Shown: in pieces, positions 21,869-31,535 of the stretch
How the letters are laid out: every line of letters starts with the position of its first letter
Numbering within the stretch: the first letter of the stretch is position 1
From: Macrostomum lignano
Taxonomy: Eukaryota
Assembly: GCA_002269645.1 (NCBI GenBank)
Contig: NIVC01002379.1
Span: 62,001-126,000, forward strand
Reading direction: 5' to 3'
Length of the DNA: 64,000 bases
Position numbers and translations under genes: made by a program
Notes under the pieces: model-generated
Databases searched by the model: none
What the model was told of the DNA's origin: nothing
The model's input: the letters and a program-made list of their open reading frames with translations, nothing else

Positions 21869-22389
21869 CTAGTAGCGAAATGAGAAAAACTAAACACAAA
21901 AAAATCGAGCTTATAAAGATAGAATAAACAAATTTATTGAATGAGAATAGAAAGGTAAAAATATTCAAGAATTAATTATAAGTTTCTCTTCAAACATTAA
22001 ATACACATTATGCCCAGGTTAGAATTTTTTATTTTAGATTTCTAAAGCTACGCCATGTCTTCAAGCAAAACTGAACTTAGCTAGATAAATACTATCGAAT
22101 AAAGAGCCTAAAAAATGTCATGCATAAAGAAATCAACAGAAACATGCTATACAATTAGTGCTAAAAAAACACACTGCATCACTATGAAAACTAATGTGTA
22201 ATGCTGCTAAAAAATTGACTACTCAGATTCGATAATAGCAAAAATAGTTTTAAAAACAATGAGATTGATGGGGCATGAATGAAACTCTAGACTAGATGAT
22301 GGGGCATGCATGCGCAACACCCGGCCGCCGACCTGGTGAGGGACCCAGCCAAGGTAAGTCGCAAAAATGCCAACCAAAAAATAGGTAGT

Positions 22390-22453
22390 ACTAATTAGAT
22401 GACGAGGCATTTAACTTTAGAAACACAGTCATTGTTACTCCTGCCGTTTACCC
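22390..22453 (-). pseudogene. 64-bp diverged fragment of eukaryotic 28S rRNA (H69-H71 region)
   Basis: The reverse complement GGGTAAACGGCAGGAGTAACAATGACTGTGTTTCTAAAGTTAAATGCCTCGTCATCTAATTAGT aligns without gaps to the conserved LSU segment GGGTAAACGGCGGGAGTAACTATGACTCTCTTAAGGTAGCCAAATGCCTCGTCATCTAATTAGT (recalled reference; 53/64 matches by hand). Confidence 0.7.
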
Positions 22454-22859
22454 AAAATTACGTTAATTTTTCTTAGATCTACTTTATAGGTAAGTTGCAT
22501 TTTTGGTGCAAAATAAGCCGGTGTATATCAGGGGGGTTGCGCATGTATGTGATGGGGCAGCTAGCAAAGAGGCAAGAACAGCTCTAACAAGTATGAGATA
22601 AGCCAGACTTTTATGCAAGTGTGTTTCTCCAATTTGCACTTACATGTTTACCAAGCTATAGAGGACACCCGCAGTCACAGCAAGGGCTGTGCGCGCACAT
22701 TGTCACACAACCGGCAAGAGGCACTAAAGCCCATTCCGCCGACTACCCTGGCATGTACACTTCACTGTGCCTTGGGGTTTGGCCCTCAAGGCCGTTAATT
22801 GCACTGAGCAGAGCCAAGCCGAGATTCCAATTTAGCCCAATTTAGACACTGATCGTCCA

Positions 22860-23777
22860 TTATTAGTATATCCATGTCTATGGCCCTGACCTCCACCGCC
22901 TACGTGCTAAGAGGCAGGGCGATTAAATATATTGTTTTAAGCTCTTTGGCTCGCCACCAGAGCAGCCCAAGTTACATTATACTAAAGCATATAACATGGC
23001 GTCGCAAGCAGGATTCGAACCTGCGAGGGAATATCCCATTGGATTTCAACATATGTATGACGGACGCATTCCTTCTATTATGCTGTATGGACACCCAGCA
23101 AGAGATTCACTTCCTGCTCATCGAAGAAGCTTTAATCCCGAATGGTACAACACGATTAAACAAATGGAGGACACAGCATCAGAAATTCACGAGGCTGTGG
23201 AGCAACAGTACAACAAGTCCAAGAGAAGCTTCGATGGAATCCGAATAGGGTCGACTGTAGTTCTTCAAGAGCCAACAACGAAACTGTGGCAACGGAGAGA
23301 AGTAGTGGTAGAGGTCAGAAAACACCGCGACTACCTGGTAAAGTTGGCGAGCGGCAGAATACTACGGAGAAACCGTATTTACGTACGGCCAACATTGCCA
23401 CTGACCGCCGACAACTGGCAAATGACAAAGACGACAAACGGCGAAAGTACAAGACGTACGGAGACGACTCGTACTACGACGGCCAATCAACCAAGCAAGG
23501 AGAAACCTCGAAGTAGCTCGAGAGCAACGAAGGGCATCCCGCCCGCCCGACTCCAGTACAGTAGGCTAGGACATCCAAAAGTTAATTTTGTCGAGTGACA
23601 AGGACACTGACTTGAAAGGGGAGATTATGTGGATGGACTCTTATTAGTATATCCATGTCTATGGCTCTGACCTCCACCGCCTACGTGCTAAGAGGCAGGG
23701 CGATTAAATATATTGTTTTAAGCTCCTTGGCTCGCCACCAGAGCAGCCCAAGTTACATTATACTAAAGCATATAACA
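22860..23777 (+). mobile_element. Internally deleted Ty3/gypsy-like LTR element: 5'-truncated LTR (22860-22996), extended tRNA-Ser PBS (22997-23049), integrase C-terminal fragment, PPT (23614-23624), 3' LTR (about 23625-23777)
   Basis: A 137-bp direct repeat with 2 mismatches, both copies ending TATAACA. TGG-starting PBS, polypurine tract GAAAGGGGAGA, and ORF YGHPARDSLP...GSTVVLQ...RDYLVKLASGRILRRNR resembling a gypsy integrase tail. Confidence 0.85.
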
Positions 23778-23841
23778 CAAATGAATGCGACTGCACTTGG
23801 AATCGAGCCTGGGCCGCTGGCACTCCGGAGCTAGGCTACAT

Positions 23842-25090
23842 TTAGTCATCAATGGACGAAGAGCCAGAAGACTGATAAACAGTATCGATAACAGTATAGG
23901 TGAGCAGGTCCAGTTCAGCCCGAGGCACCAGGTCCACTTCCGGCATCTGTACAACGGGCGCGTGCTGAGAAGAAGTCTTATTGCTGTTCATGGACTGCGA
24001 CTGGCCAGCACGACTGTCCTTCAGCTGATCGTCCAGCAACAGGGCGTGCGTCGGCGACCGGTACTCGAAGCCGAGGAATCTGCAGACCAGGCCGACGCTG
24101 CCGCCGCCCGGAGATGACCGGCCGGGCCGCTGCAGACAGGCCAGCAGGCTGTTCAGGTAGGCGTCCAGGTCGCGGCGCAGCTCGGCAGCGTCCGGGCCAC
24201 CGAGGAATCGCTTGCTGGGCAGGTCCGGCAGGCGGGCAAGCCTGTGGTAGGAAGGGGGTAGACAGCATCTGATTGGCTGTGTACAACATGTACAGTACTG
24301 GCTGTTTACAACTTGTACAGTACTGGCTTTGTACGACTTGCACAGTACTGGCTGTGTACAACTTGTACAGTACTGGCTTTGTACGACTTGTACAGTACTG
24401 GCTTTGTACGACTTGCACAGTACTGGCTGTGTACAACTTGCACAGTACTGGCTGTGTACAACTTTCACAGTACTGGCTGTGTACAACTTGCACAGTACTG
24501 GCTTTGTACAACTTGTACAGTACTGGCTTTGTACAACTTGTACAGTACTGGCTTTGTACAACTTGTACAGTACTGGCTTTGTACAACTTGTACAGTACTG
24601 GCTTTGTACGACTTGTACAGTACTGGCTTTGTACGACTTGCACAGTACTGGCTGTGTACAACTTGCACAGTACTGGCTGTGTACAACTTGAACAGACTAG
24701 GAAGGCTTGCTTTCAAAGCTGGCGTAAGCAACCTTTTAGATGCGTACTAAGCGAGGCAGACACTGCTTAACTTGAAAGTGCTGGACGGTGAATGCGCTAA
24801 GTGAGGGGAACAGCTCAATGGAAGGATTTGATCAAATAGAACAGCTTGGAGGTAAAAAAACAAGAAAAGTAAAACACAACACACCTGGGCGATGCGGCCC
24901 GCAGCTGCCTGTGAAGGCGCTCAAAGTCGGAGTACCGCTTCTCAACCGCGTGACAGAAGGTCGAGCCCCGATAGATGCTCAGCTGATAAGCAGTGAAGGG
25001 TTTGCTGCTGGCACTGCCAGACTGCGGCATGCATCTCACTGTCCGCTGACCAACAATGGTGATGTAGAGACCAGACAGTGGGTCCAGCAT
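23842..25090 (-). CDS. PX (phox homology) domain protein, exons 25090-24885 and 24241-23842, about 201 aa
   Basis: PX motifs YQLSI...VEKRYSDFERLHRQL and LPDLPSKRFL...RRDLDAYLNSL; phase-2 GT-AG intron. Confidence 0.8.
24275..24690. repeat. Intronic minisatellite, 21-bp unit TGTACAACTTGTACAGTACTG-like
   Basis: Visible array in the PX-gene intron. Confidence 0.9.
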
Positions 25091-28000
25091 GACCGAGCAG
25101 CCTCACTTAATGCTTTAAATGACTGTAAAAAGCTGTACAAATCATTAATTTATGTGGCAAAAGGCTCTTAATTTTTTTTCTGAAAGTAGCTTTTTATTAT
25201 CATAGACAAATGTTACAGGTACTATATAAAACAAATGAATAAAAATCCTATAACATCTATGAATAGAGTTGGCAAGAAATAGAAACATAACAAAAAGTCA
25301 TTATATATGTTTACACCTATAAGTACAAAGCCTAAGACATGAAGTAAGAGGAAATAGCTTCACTTTTGAATAGAAAGCAAATAAGCAAAAAGCTTTAAAA
25401 AGATATTTAAAATGAAGCTAAAATGAAGCTATTAACAATAGAATTAGCTATAACCATTTTTTTGTATCAATATCTGTACCCATAGTAATTTTTTCCATAG
25501 CCCAAGGGTCAACAAACCCTGTGGCCAGCAAAGCCTCTATCTAACCTAATGTCCTTTGAAACTTCACCATAGTAATCTGGCCAGCTTATGGTTTGTGTCT
25601 CTTCTCAACTCTCTTTCTCTCCTCTCCCCCATCTCCTTTTATTTTATTTTCTCTTCTCTCTTCTCTCTCCCTTGTCTCTCCTCTTGCCTCTTTCTTCTCT
25701 ACTCTTATCTTGACAACATAGCTCTAATATTATCCTATCTCACCTCTTCTCTCCCCTCTTGTTTTCTATTCCTGCTCCTTTCCTCTCTCACATCATAGCC
25801 CACAGCCATGAGCTAGATTCTTCAGCTAGCTCTTAAATTAATAAATTTTGCCAATCCCTTGCCATATCTGTATATGAGTATATCTATAGCCAATTATAGC
25901 TAAGGTCATATTTTTAGTCAAAAAGATACACCAACCAACATCTGGGAACATTTTTAATATTGTGGAATAAGAAAAATATTGCTACAGAAGTAGTATTCCA
26001 CCATAGCTATGGCTACAGCTATGGGATCTTATGGAAAATATGGTAAAATAGGTGACTATAGCAATGGATACACCTATAGTAGATAGCTGCTCTTATAGCT
26101 ACAACTACGGAAATACGATAGTTGCTATTATATTCTGTAGATTCCCATGGCCATAGTTATAAATTAAAAAAACAAAAAAATATTCAAAACAGGTAGAGTA
26201 AAACAAAGATAACTTAGTAACCTGTATCATAGATTAAAAAGCTTATAAATTATAGGCCTACCTAATATGAATATGATCATAATATGATATGATAAATATG
26301 AAAATATAGTATTATCATATTATTATTATATTATGATATATATGATAATATAAAAATGATAATATAATATAAATCTTAAATTTTAATATATAGGAATATG
26401 ATAATATTGGAGACCCTATGGCTATAGAATATAGAGAATTGGAATAAGCCATAGTTTTATTTACTGCTATAGCTATGGCACATAGACCCCCTTTTAGTAG
26501 AATATAACACAGAAGCATTTTTTGTTTGTTGTATTATATATCTTATATCTGTGTTAGAGTCAGACATGTAGGCAAATATAAATGAGGTTTTTATCATTTA
26601 ATAAGGGTTGTTCCTTTGGGGGTGGTTGAACCCTTTATAACCCCTTTCACCTAGAACCCCTTTCCAATGAACCCTTTCCAATGAAACTTCTTATAATGAC
26701 CCCCTTCAATTTCCCTTTCCCCACCCCTTCTAGCCAGGCTACAGGTGCTCCCAGGCACCTAAAGATGTCATGTGGAATGCACTGTTTTACTTCCTAATAT
26801 CTTTTAGGATCTAAAGGCTTTGAGGGTTATTGCCACTCAATAGTCCCTTTAAAACAGTGGGAAGTTCTTGGCATAGCTCTAAGTGGGTCTACAAAAAGGA
26901 TTTTGCTATGGATATTATGCAGATAGAAAACTAATAATGTCAGTAATATAAATATATCAGTAGGCTATAAAATGTTATATAAAGTGAATTCACAAAGATT
27001 AATTGAGAAGAAAATTAGCTAGGATAGGCCAATTTATTTAATGGTTAGGCCTACATATATCTGGTTTATTTTTATTATCTAATGGTAGGCCATGCTAAGT
27101 TATAATCACTAGGGCCTACTTAACAACTAATAAGTAGCAAGGCAGGTCATAGGCCTACTTCATCTTATTGCTTACTTTAGGCCTATCTTCAACCACTTTA
27201 GCATTAAAATTCTAAATAAGTTCTAAATCTAAGCAATTCTAGCAAACTAGGCCTATATTTGATAAAAGCTAGATTTTCACCTTGAATGCCAAGAATTGGT
27301 TTAAAAATGAAAGACTATGAAATTGAAAGACTCATGCAAAAAATGTAATGTCTGCAATGTCAACAATAGTGGAATTACATATTAACTTTTAAGCTAAAAA
27401 AGAATATAGACTTCAAGTCAAAAAGTTTCATTAGGCCTACTAGGGATTAAACTACTAATCTTTTTAGAGCCATGTTTCCTAATTAAAAAATCGTGGCTAA
27501 ATATTCTTGTGGTTAAGTCTATAGCAAACAAGCATGAGTATGCTATTTATTGGCATTTTCTATTGCCCTAGGGTGTATGTGAGGAGAGGACCCTACCTAG
27601 TAGTGTAGTACATTACAAAAAATAGAGCTAATAATTGAGCAATGATAAGTTATAAATATAACCATCTATAAATTTAGCTATAGGCCTATGCACTAATGCA
27701 CTATGCTTTTGAGAGCAAAAATCTACATCATTGGCTTTCATGTGATATGCCTTTAGGCCTGATGCCAAGCCCATAGGCTTATGACAAAAATAATAATAAT
27801 AGGGATCTAGGCTAGCTAATACTAATAATTAGTATAAAAGAGATTAATTTTGAAAACGTAATTTTAGTCGTTTGCATGCATCGACGTCCGTCCGCGGCGC
27901 GCGGCCAGCCAGACCTGGCCAGCACCCCGTGCGGGCCAGATTGAAAATGCAATCAAATTTAAATTACTGTGACGATCAACTTCATGGAAAATAATGAGCG

Positions 28001-28218
28001 AAAACCACGATGCGTACGAGCCAGGTGTTCAAAAGTAGCCAGTGAAACTTTTGATCGCTGAGCAAAGACAAAAACACATACAGAGACAATTTTTCACACA
28101 TTTTGAAGAAAATCTGTTATTTCCAATGAAACTATTTGAATACAATTTTTACGAATTAATTCAAATATAAGGGATAGGGACACAACCCCATCAAACTGGG
28201 CCGCCGTCACTTGCTATC

Positions 28219-28565
28219 AGTAGTAGGTAAAAAGACGCTTCTAGACCCAGAACCCCTATTTAACATGCTGATTTGAAGGGCTAGTGGGGGGACACGAGGG
28301 GGTACTAAAAAAACACATCTAAATACCCTTTACCCCCCTTAAACACACTACCTCCCACTACCTCCCATTAACACCACCAACTCACACAAATCACACAATA
28401 TTCACCCATATTCCCAATAACACACCCTATCACAACCAAACAATCCCCTCGCGTCCCCCCATTAATAGCCCTTCAAATCATCATTTTCAATAGGTCTGAT
28501 CTAGAAGCGTCTTTTTACCTACTACTACTTTATAACCCCAGGCCGCGCCGCAGGCGCGTAGGGTC
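28219..28565 (+). repeat. Left TIR (347 bp) containing an internal inverted copy of the terminus
   Basis: Reverse complement of 48372-48718; no mismatch found on manual comparison. Confidence 0.95.
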
Positions 28566-28941
28566 AGGGGCTTGGGCACAAGAGTTTAAACTGAGTCATG
28601 GTATAGAAGCACTCAACAAAAAAATTACTCTCATAGCCACTATTGTTCATTTTATCACAGCGAAAGGCAGCAACACAACTGGCACAAACTGACTCACGCG
28701 CAGGGAGGTGCAGAAAATGCTACTTGTTGAGACGTGTTTTTCAATAAAAGCAGACTGTCTCACAGCCATCTACAGTATAAGAAGTAATTTGCTGTTTCTG
28801 CCATCTTGCAAAATCTTGCTGCAGCAGGAATTGAACGCCCACTCTACTTCAACTCTATAAAAACCACAACCATCAACCCCGCTCTTGCTCACCTCTTAGA
28901 AAATAAAAAAATATTTAGCATCCATTAAACATTAGCTAAAA

Positions 28942-29778
28942 ATGGCATCTTCCAGCGATAGAAAGCGCCCAAGTAAGATTGTAGCCTCCATTAAAAGTAT
29001 TAGCGCCAAAGATCAAGCTAGCTCAGCAGTTGCAATTAGCCGCATGCCTCCAGCGGAGCAGGACTTGCTGCTAAAGCAGCTAGTGAAGATTGAATCTGAG
29101 TCCGAAGAGCGAGAGAAGAAGGAGAAGAAGAAAGAGGCCACGGACAAAAGCCAGCGAGAAAGTCGGTTTATTGGTCGTCTCATTGAAAAAATGAGACAAG
29201 TTGAAAACGAGAGATATACCATCAAAACTCGGTAAGTTAAATTTTTTCGAATATTATCTCCCAATGAAAAACAATTTCAACAACTTAGTTAATTTCATTT
29301 TAGGTTCGACAACGCTAAGGAAGTGTGTACCACCGAAGTTGGCGCCATTGAAGCACAATTGATTAATCAATTTAATCACCTGGAAAGCTTCATCTCGAAC
29401 CTGGATGTCTTGGGGTGTTTTGCCCGCAAGAAACAAGCGGAGGTTGTTGTCACCATGCGTGAAAAGCTAGGTCTGAGAATCGATGCCATTTCGCAAAAAC
29501 TGGCGATTGACGTCAAGTTCACTCAGCGCCTATTTACTTTTTCGGCGCTTATTAGCGCATACCCCGCACTGGTAATTTCTGGGTATTCTTTTGAAACCCT
29601 GTTGACGTTCAAAAAGCCAATCGAGAAGCTGGCGACTGAAGATGAGAATTTCCGTTGCCTCATTGAGCGCCAAATCACCTACGATTTCGAAGGAGAGGAT
29701 GATGACACAATGCTTTTCGATGAAGACACAATTTCCGCTGCCACAAGTGAAATGGGGGCGTCCAGCATCAATGAATGA
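28942..29778 (+). CDS. Polinton hypothetical protein, spliced: exons 28942-29231 and 29304-29778, 254 aa
   Basis: A 72-nt GTAAGT...TTTCATTTTAG intron joins the 97-aa and 151-aa ORFs in frame (CG|G TTC GAC AAC...). TATAAAA upstream at about 28856 and AATAAA at 29834. Confidence 0.75.
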
Positions 29779-30068
29779 ATGAATTGTTGACAAATGTCCA
29801 GAAAAAATTCTGGATTTCCAAAAAACACATTGAAATAAAAGCTTCTTTTGTGCTCCAACGGAGCAGGCCATGGTGCCACTGGGCACAGCCCGCGAACCAT
29901 AGGTTCATTTTTGGATAGAGAATCTTTTGTGTTTGCGTCTTCTTTATTTTCTATACAAAAAAGAGTAAAAAAAGAGCTATAAAATAAAACCGCTCGAGAT
30001 GCTTGCACACTACCCTTTTCTTTAGTGTCTGCAACTTAATTTTTCTGTTACTAAAAATAGAACAAAAA

Positions 30069-30479
30069 ATGACACACGTTACACATATGCAAAATCTGAA
30101 CGAATTGCAGGTAGGAGACCCAGTTGAATACCGAGGTGAGGGTCTTTTTGATGTGGTTGGTACAGCAGCAAATTTCGTTAAAGACAATATGGGTCTTATA
30201 GGCCAAGCAGGCTCTGCAGCAGGTTCTATAACAAACGCTGTAAAGGGCGGAATCGAAGCAGCGAGGGCAGTAGAAGAACTAAAGAAATTGAGAGAATTTA
30301 ACGACACCCTCTCACAAATAAAAGCAATAAAAGATTTGAAACTAGCGCAGGAAACAACTCAAGCCGCACAACCAACAGAAACCCCCACGAAAAGCACACC
30401 AATAAGTAATAAAGATATTCAGGATTTTAATAAAATTTTAACCACAATTAAAGGTGGAAAAGGATTAAAGAAGTTTTAA
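30069..30479 (+). CDS. Polinton small putative virion core/membrane-active protein, 136 aa
   Basis: AAAAAATG start context; RGEG|LFD followed by an amphipathic Ala/Gly-rich helix; C-terminal GGKG|L. Confidence 0.7.
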   Translation: MTHVTHMQNLNELQVGDPVEYRGEGLFDVVGTAANFVKDNMGLIGQAGSAAGSITNAVKGGIEAARAVEELKKLREFNDTLSQIKAIKDLKLAQETTQAAQPTETPTKSTPISNKDIQDFNKILTTIKGGKGLKKF

Positions 30480-30489
30480 TAATATAAAA

Positions 30490-31449
30490 ATGGACACAGT
30501 TAATGACGAAAAACGGCTATATTTTATAGGAGAAATTGTAGATACTTTAAATCTAGACGATAATAAACATAGTCACGCAATGTTAAAAAGATTGGATCGC
30601 TTAGGCAAAAAATTTGACTACGACATCAATACATTTAAACTTGCTGCGAAATATGCACAAGAAGGAAGACCAATATCCTTTAAGAATCGCGGTAGAAACT
30701 ATAGGCTAACAGACTCCGATGTGAAATTTTTATTGGAGACTCACACTAAAAAGGACGGCGGGCTGTTACCTATTCTACCAATTCTTTTAGGACTTGGGGC
30801 AGCTGGAGCAGCTGGTTTAGCAGGAAAAAGAATTCATGATAACATAAAACAGTTAGGAGAATTAAAAGCAAAAGAAGGGGGTATATTACCCCTCGCAACT
30901 TTGCTCCCAATAATTTTTGCAGGAATTGGAGCAGCTGGAGGAGTCGCTGGAGGAGCGGCTGGAATTGCAAAAGCAGTAAATGACAAAAAAGCTGCGGATG
31001 AAAAAGCCAAAAGAGAGGCCGAATTTCAAAGACAGCAAATAACACAGGACGCACAATTCAAACAAAAACTTATAGATACAATTAATAGTAGCTCAACAAC
31101 AGCAGAACAAAAAAGAAATGCAGAAGCTAAATTAGCAGCTGGAAAAGGTTTAATTTTAAAAGGAACGACCCAAGGAAGCGGAGTTGTCGCAGATAAACTA
31201 TATGAGTTTGGGCAAACTTTAGAAAAAACGGGCGAGAAAGCTAAAGGATTTTTTGACAATATTGGAGCCAATTTTAGACCTGCGGTTCAGAAGATTTTTA
31301 ATAAGTTAGGAAAAGATTTTAACATAATCGAAAAACATGACGGAAGTGGTCTATATCTCGAAATGAGGCCAAAAGCAGGTTCAGGAATCTTCTTAAATGC
31401 AAACGTTATGGGCAGCGGATTACTGTTACCGAAAGCAAATCTCGAATAG
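30490..31449 (+). CDS. Polinton putative core protein with two adenovirus pX-like hydrophobic segments, 319 aa
   Basis: DGG|LLPILPILLGLGAAGAAG and EGG|ILPLATLLPIIFAGIGAAGGVAGGAAGIA, plus several GSG motifs. Confidence 0.75.
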   Translation: MDTVNDEKRLYFIGEIVDTLNLDDNKHSHAMLKRLDRLGKKFDYDINTFKLAAKYAQEGRPISFKNRGRNYRLTDSDVKFLLETHTKKDGGLLPILPILLGLGAAGAAGLAGKRIHDNIKQLGELKAKEGGILPLATLLPIIFAGIGAAGGVAGGAAGIAKAVNDKKAADEKAKREAEFQRQQITQDAQFKQKLIDTINSSSTTAEQKRNAEAKLAAGKGLILKGTTQGSGVVADKLYEFGQTLEKTGEKAKGFFDNIGANFRPAVQKIFNKLGKDFNIIEKHDGSGLYLEMRPKAGSGIFLNANVMGSGLLLPKANLE

Positions 31450-31535
31450 GGCTCCTGTGGGGAGGGTCAGGACGACTAAAACCTAAAATTAAAAAAACCA
31501 TTAATTCAAACATTGTATAAATTACATTCTATAAA

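Noticed and set aside
22997-23049. A tRNA-Ser gene on the minus strand
   Set aside because: Only the 3' portion is present, it includes the post-transcriptional CCA, and it abuts an LTR; it is a primer-derived copy.
30003-30068. N-terminal extensions in the ORF track for Polinton genes (30003, 42503) and the 46383 start
   Set aside because: These rely on TTG/GTG starts. Downstream ATGs with the element-wide A-tract context, or the spliced upstream exon, fit better.
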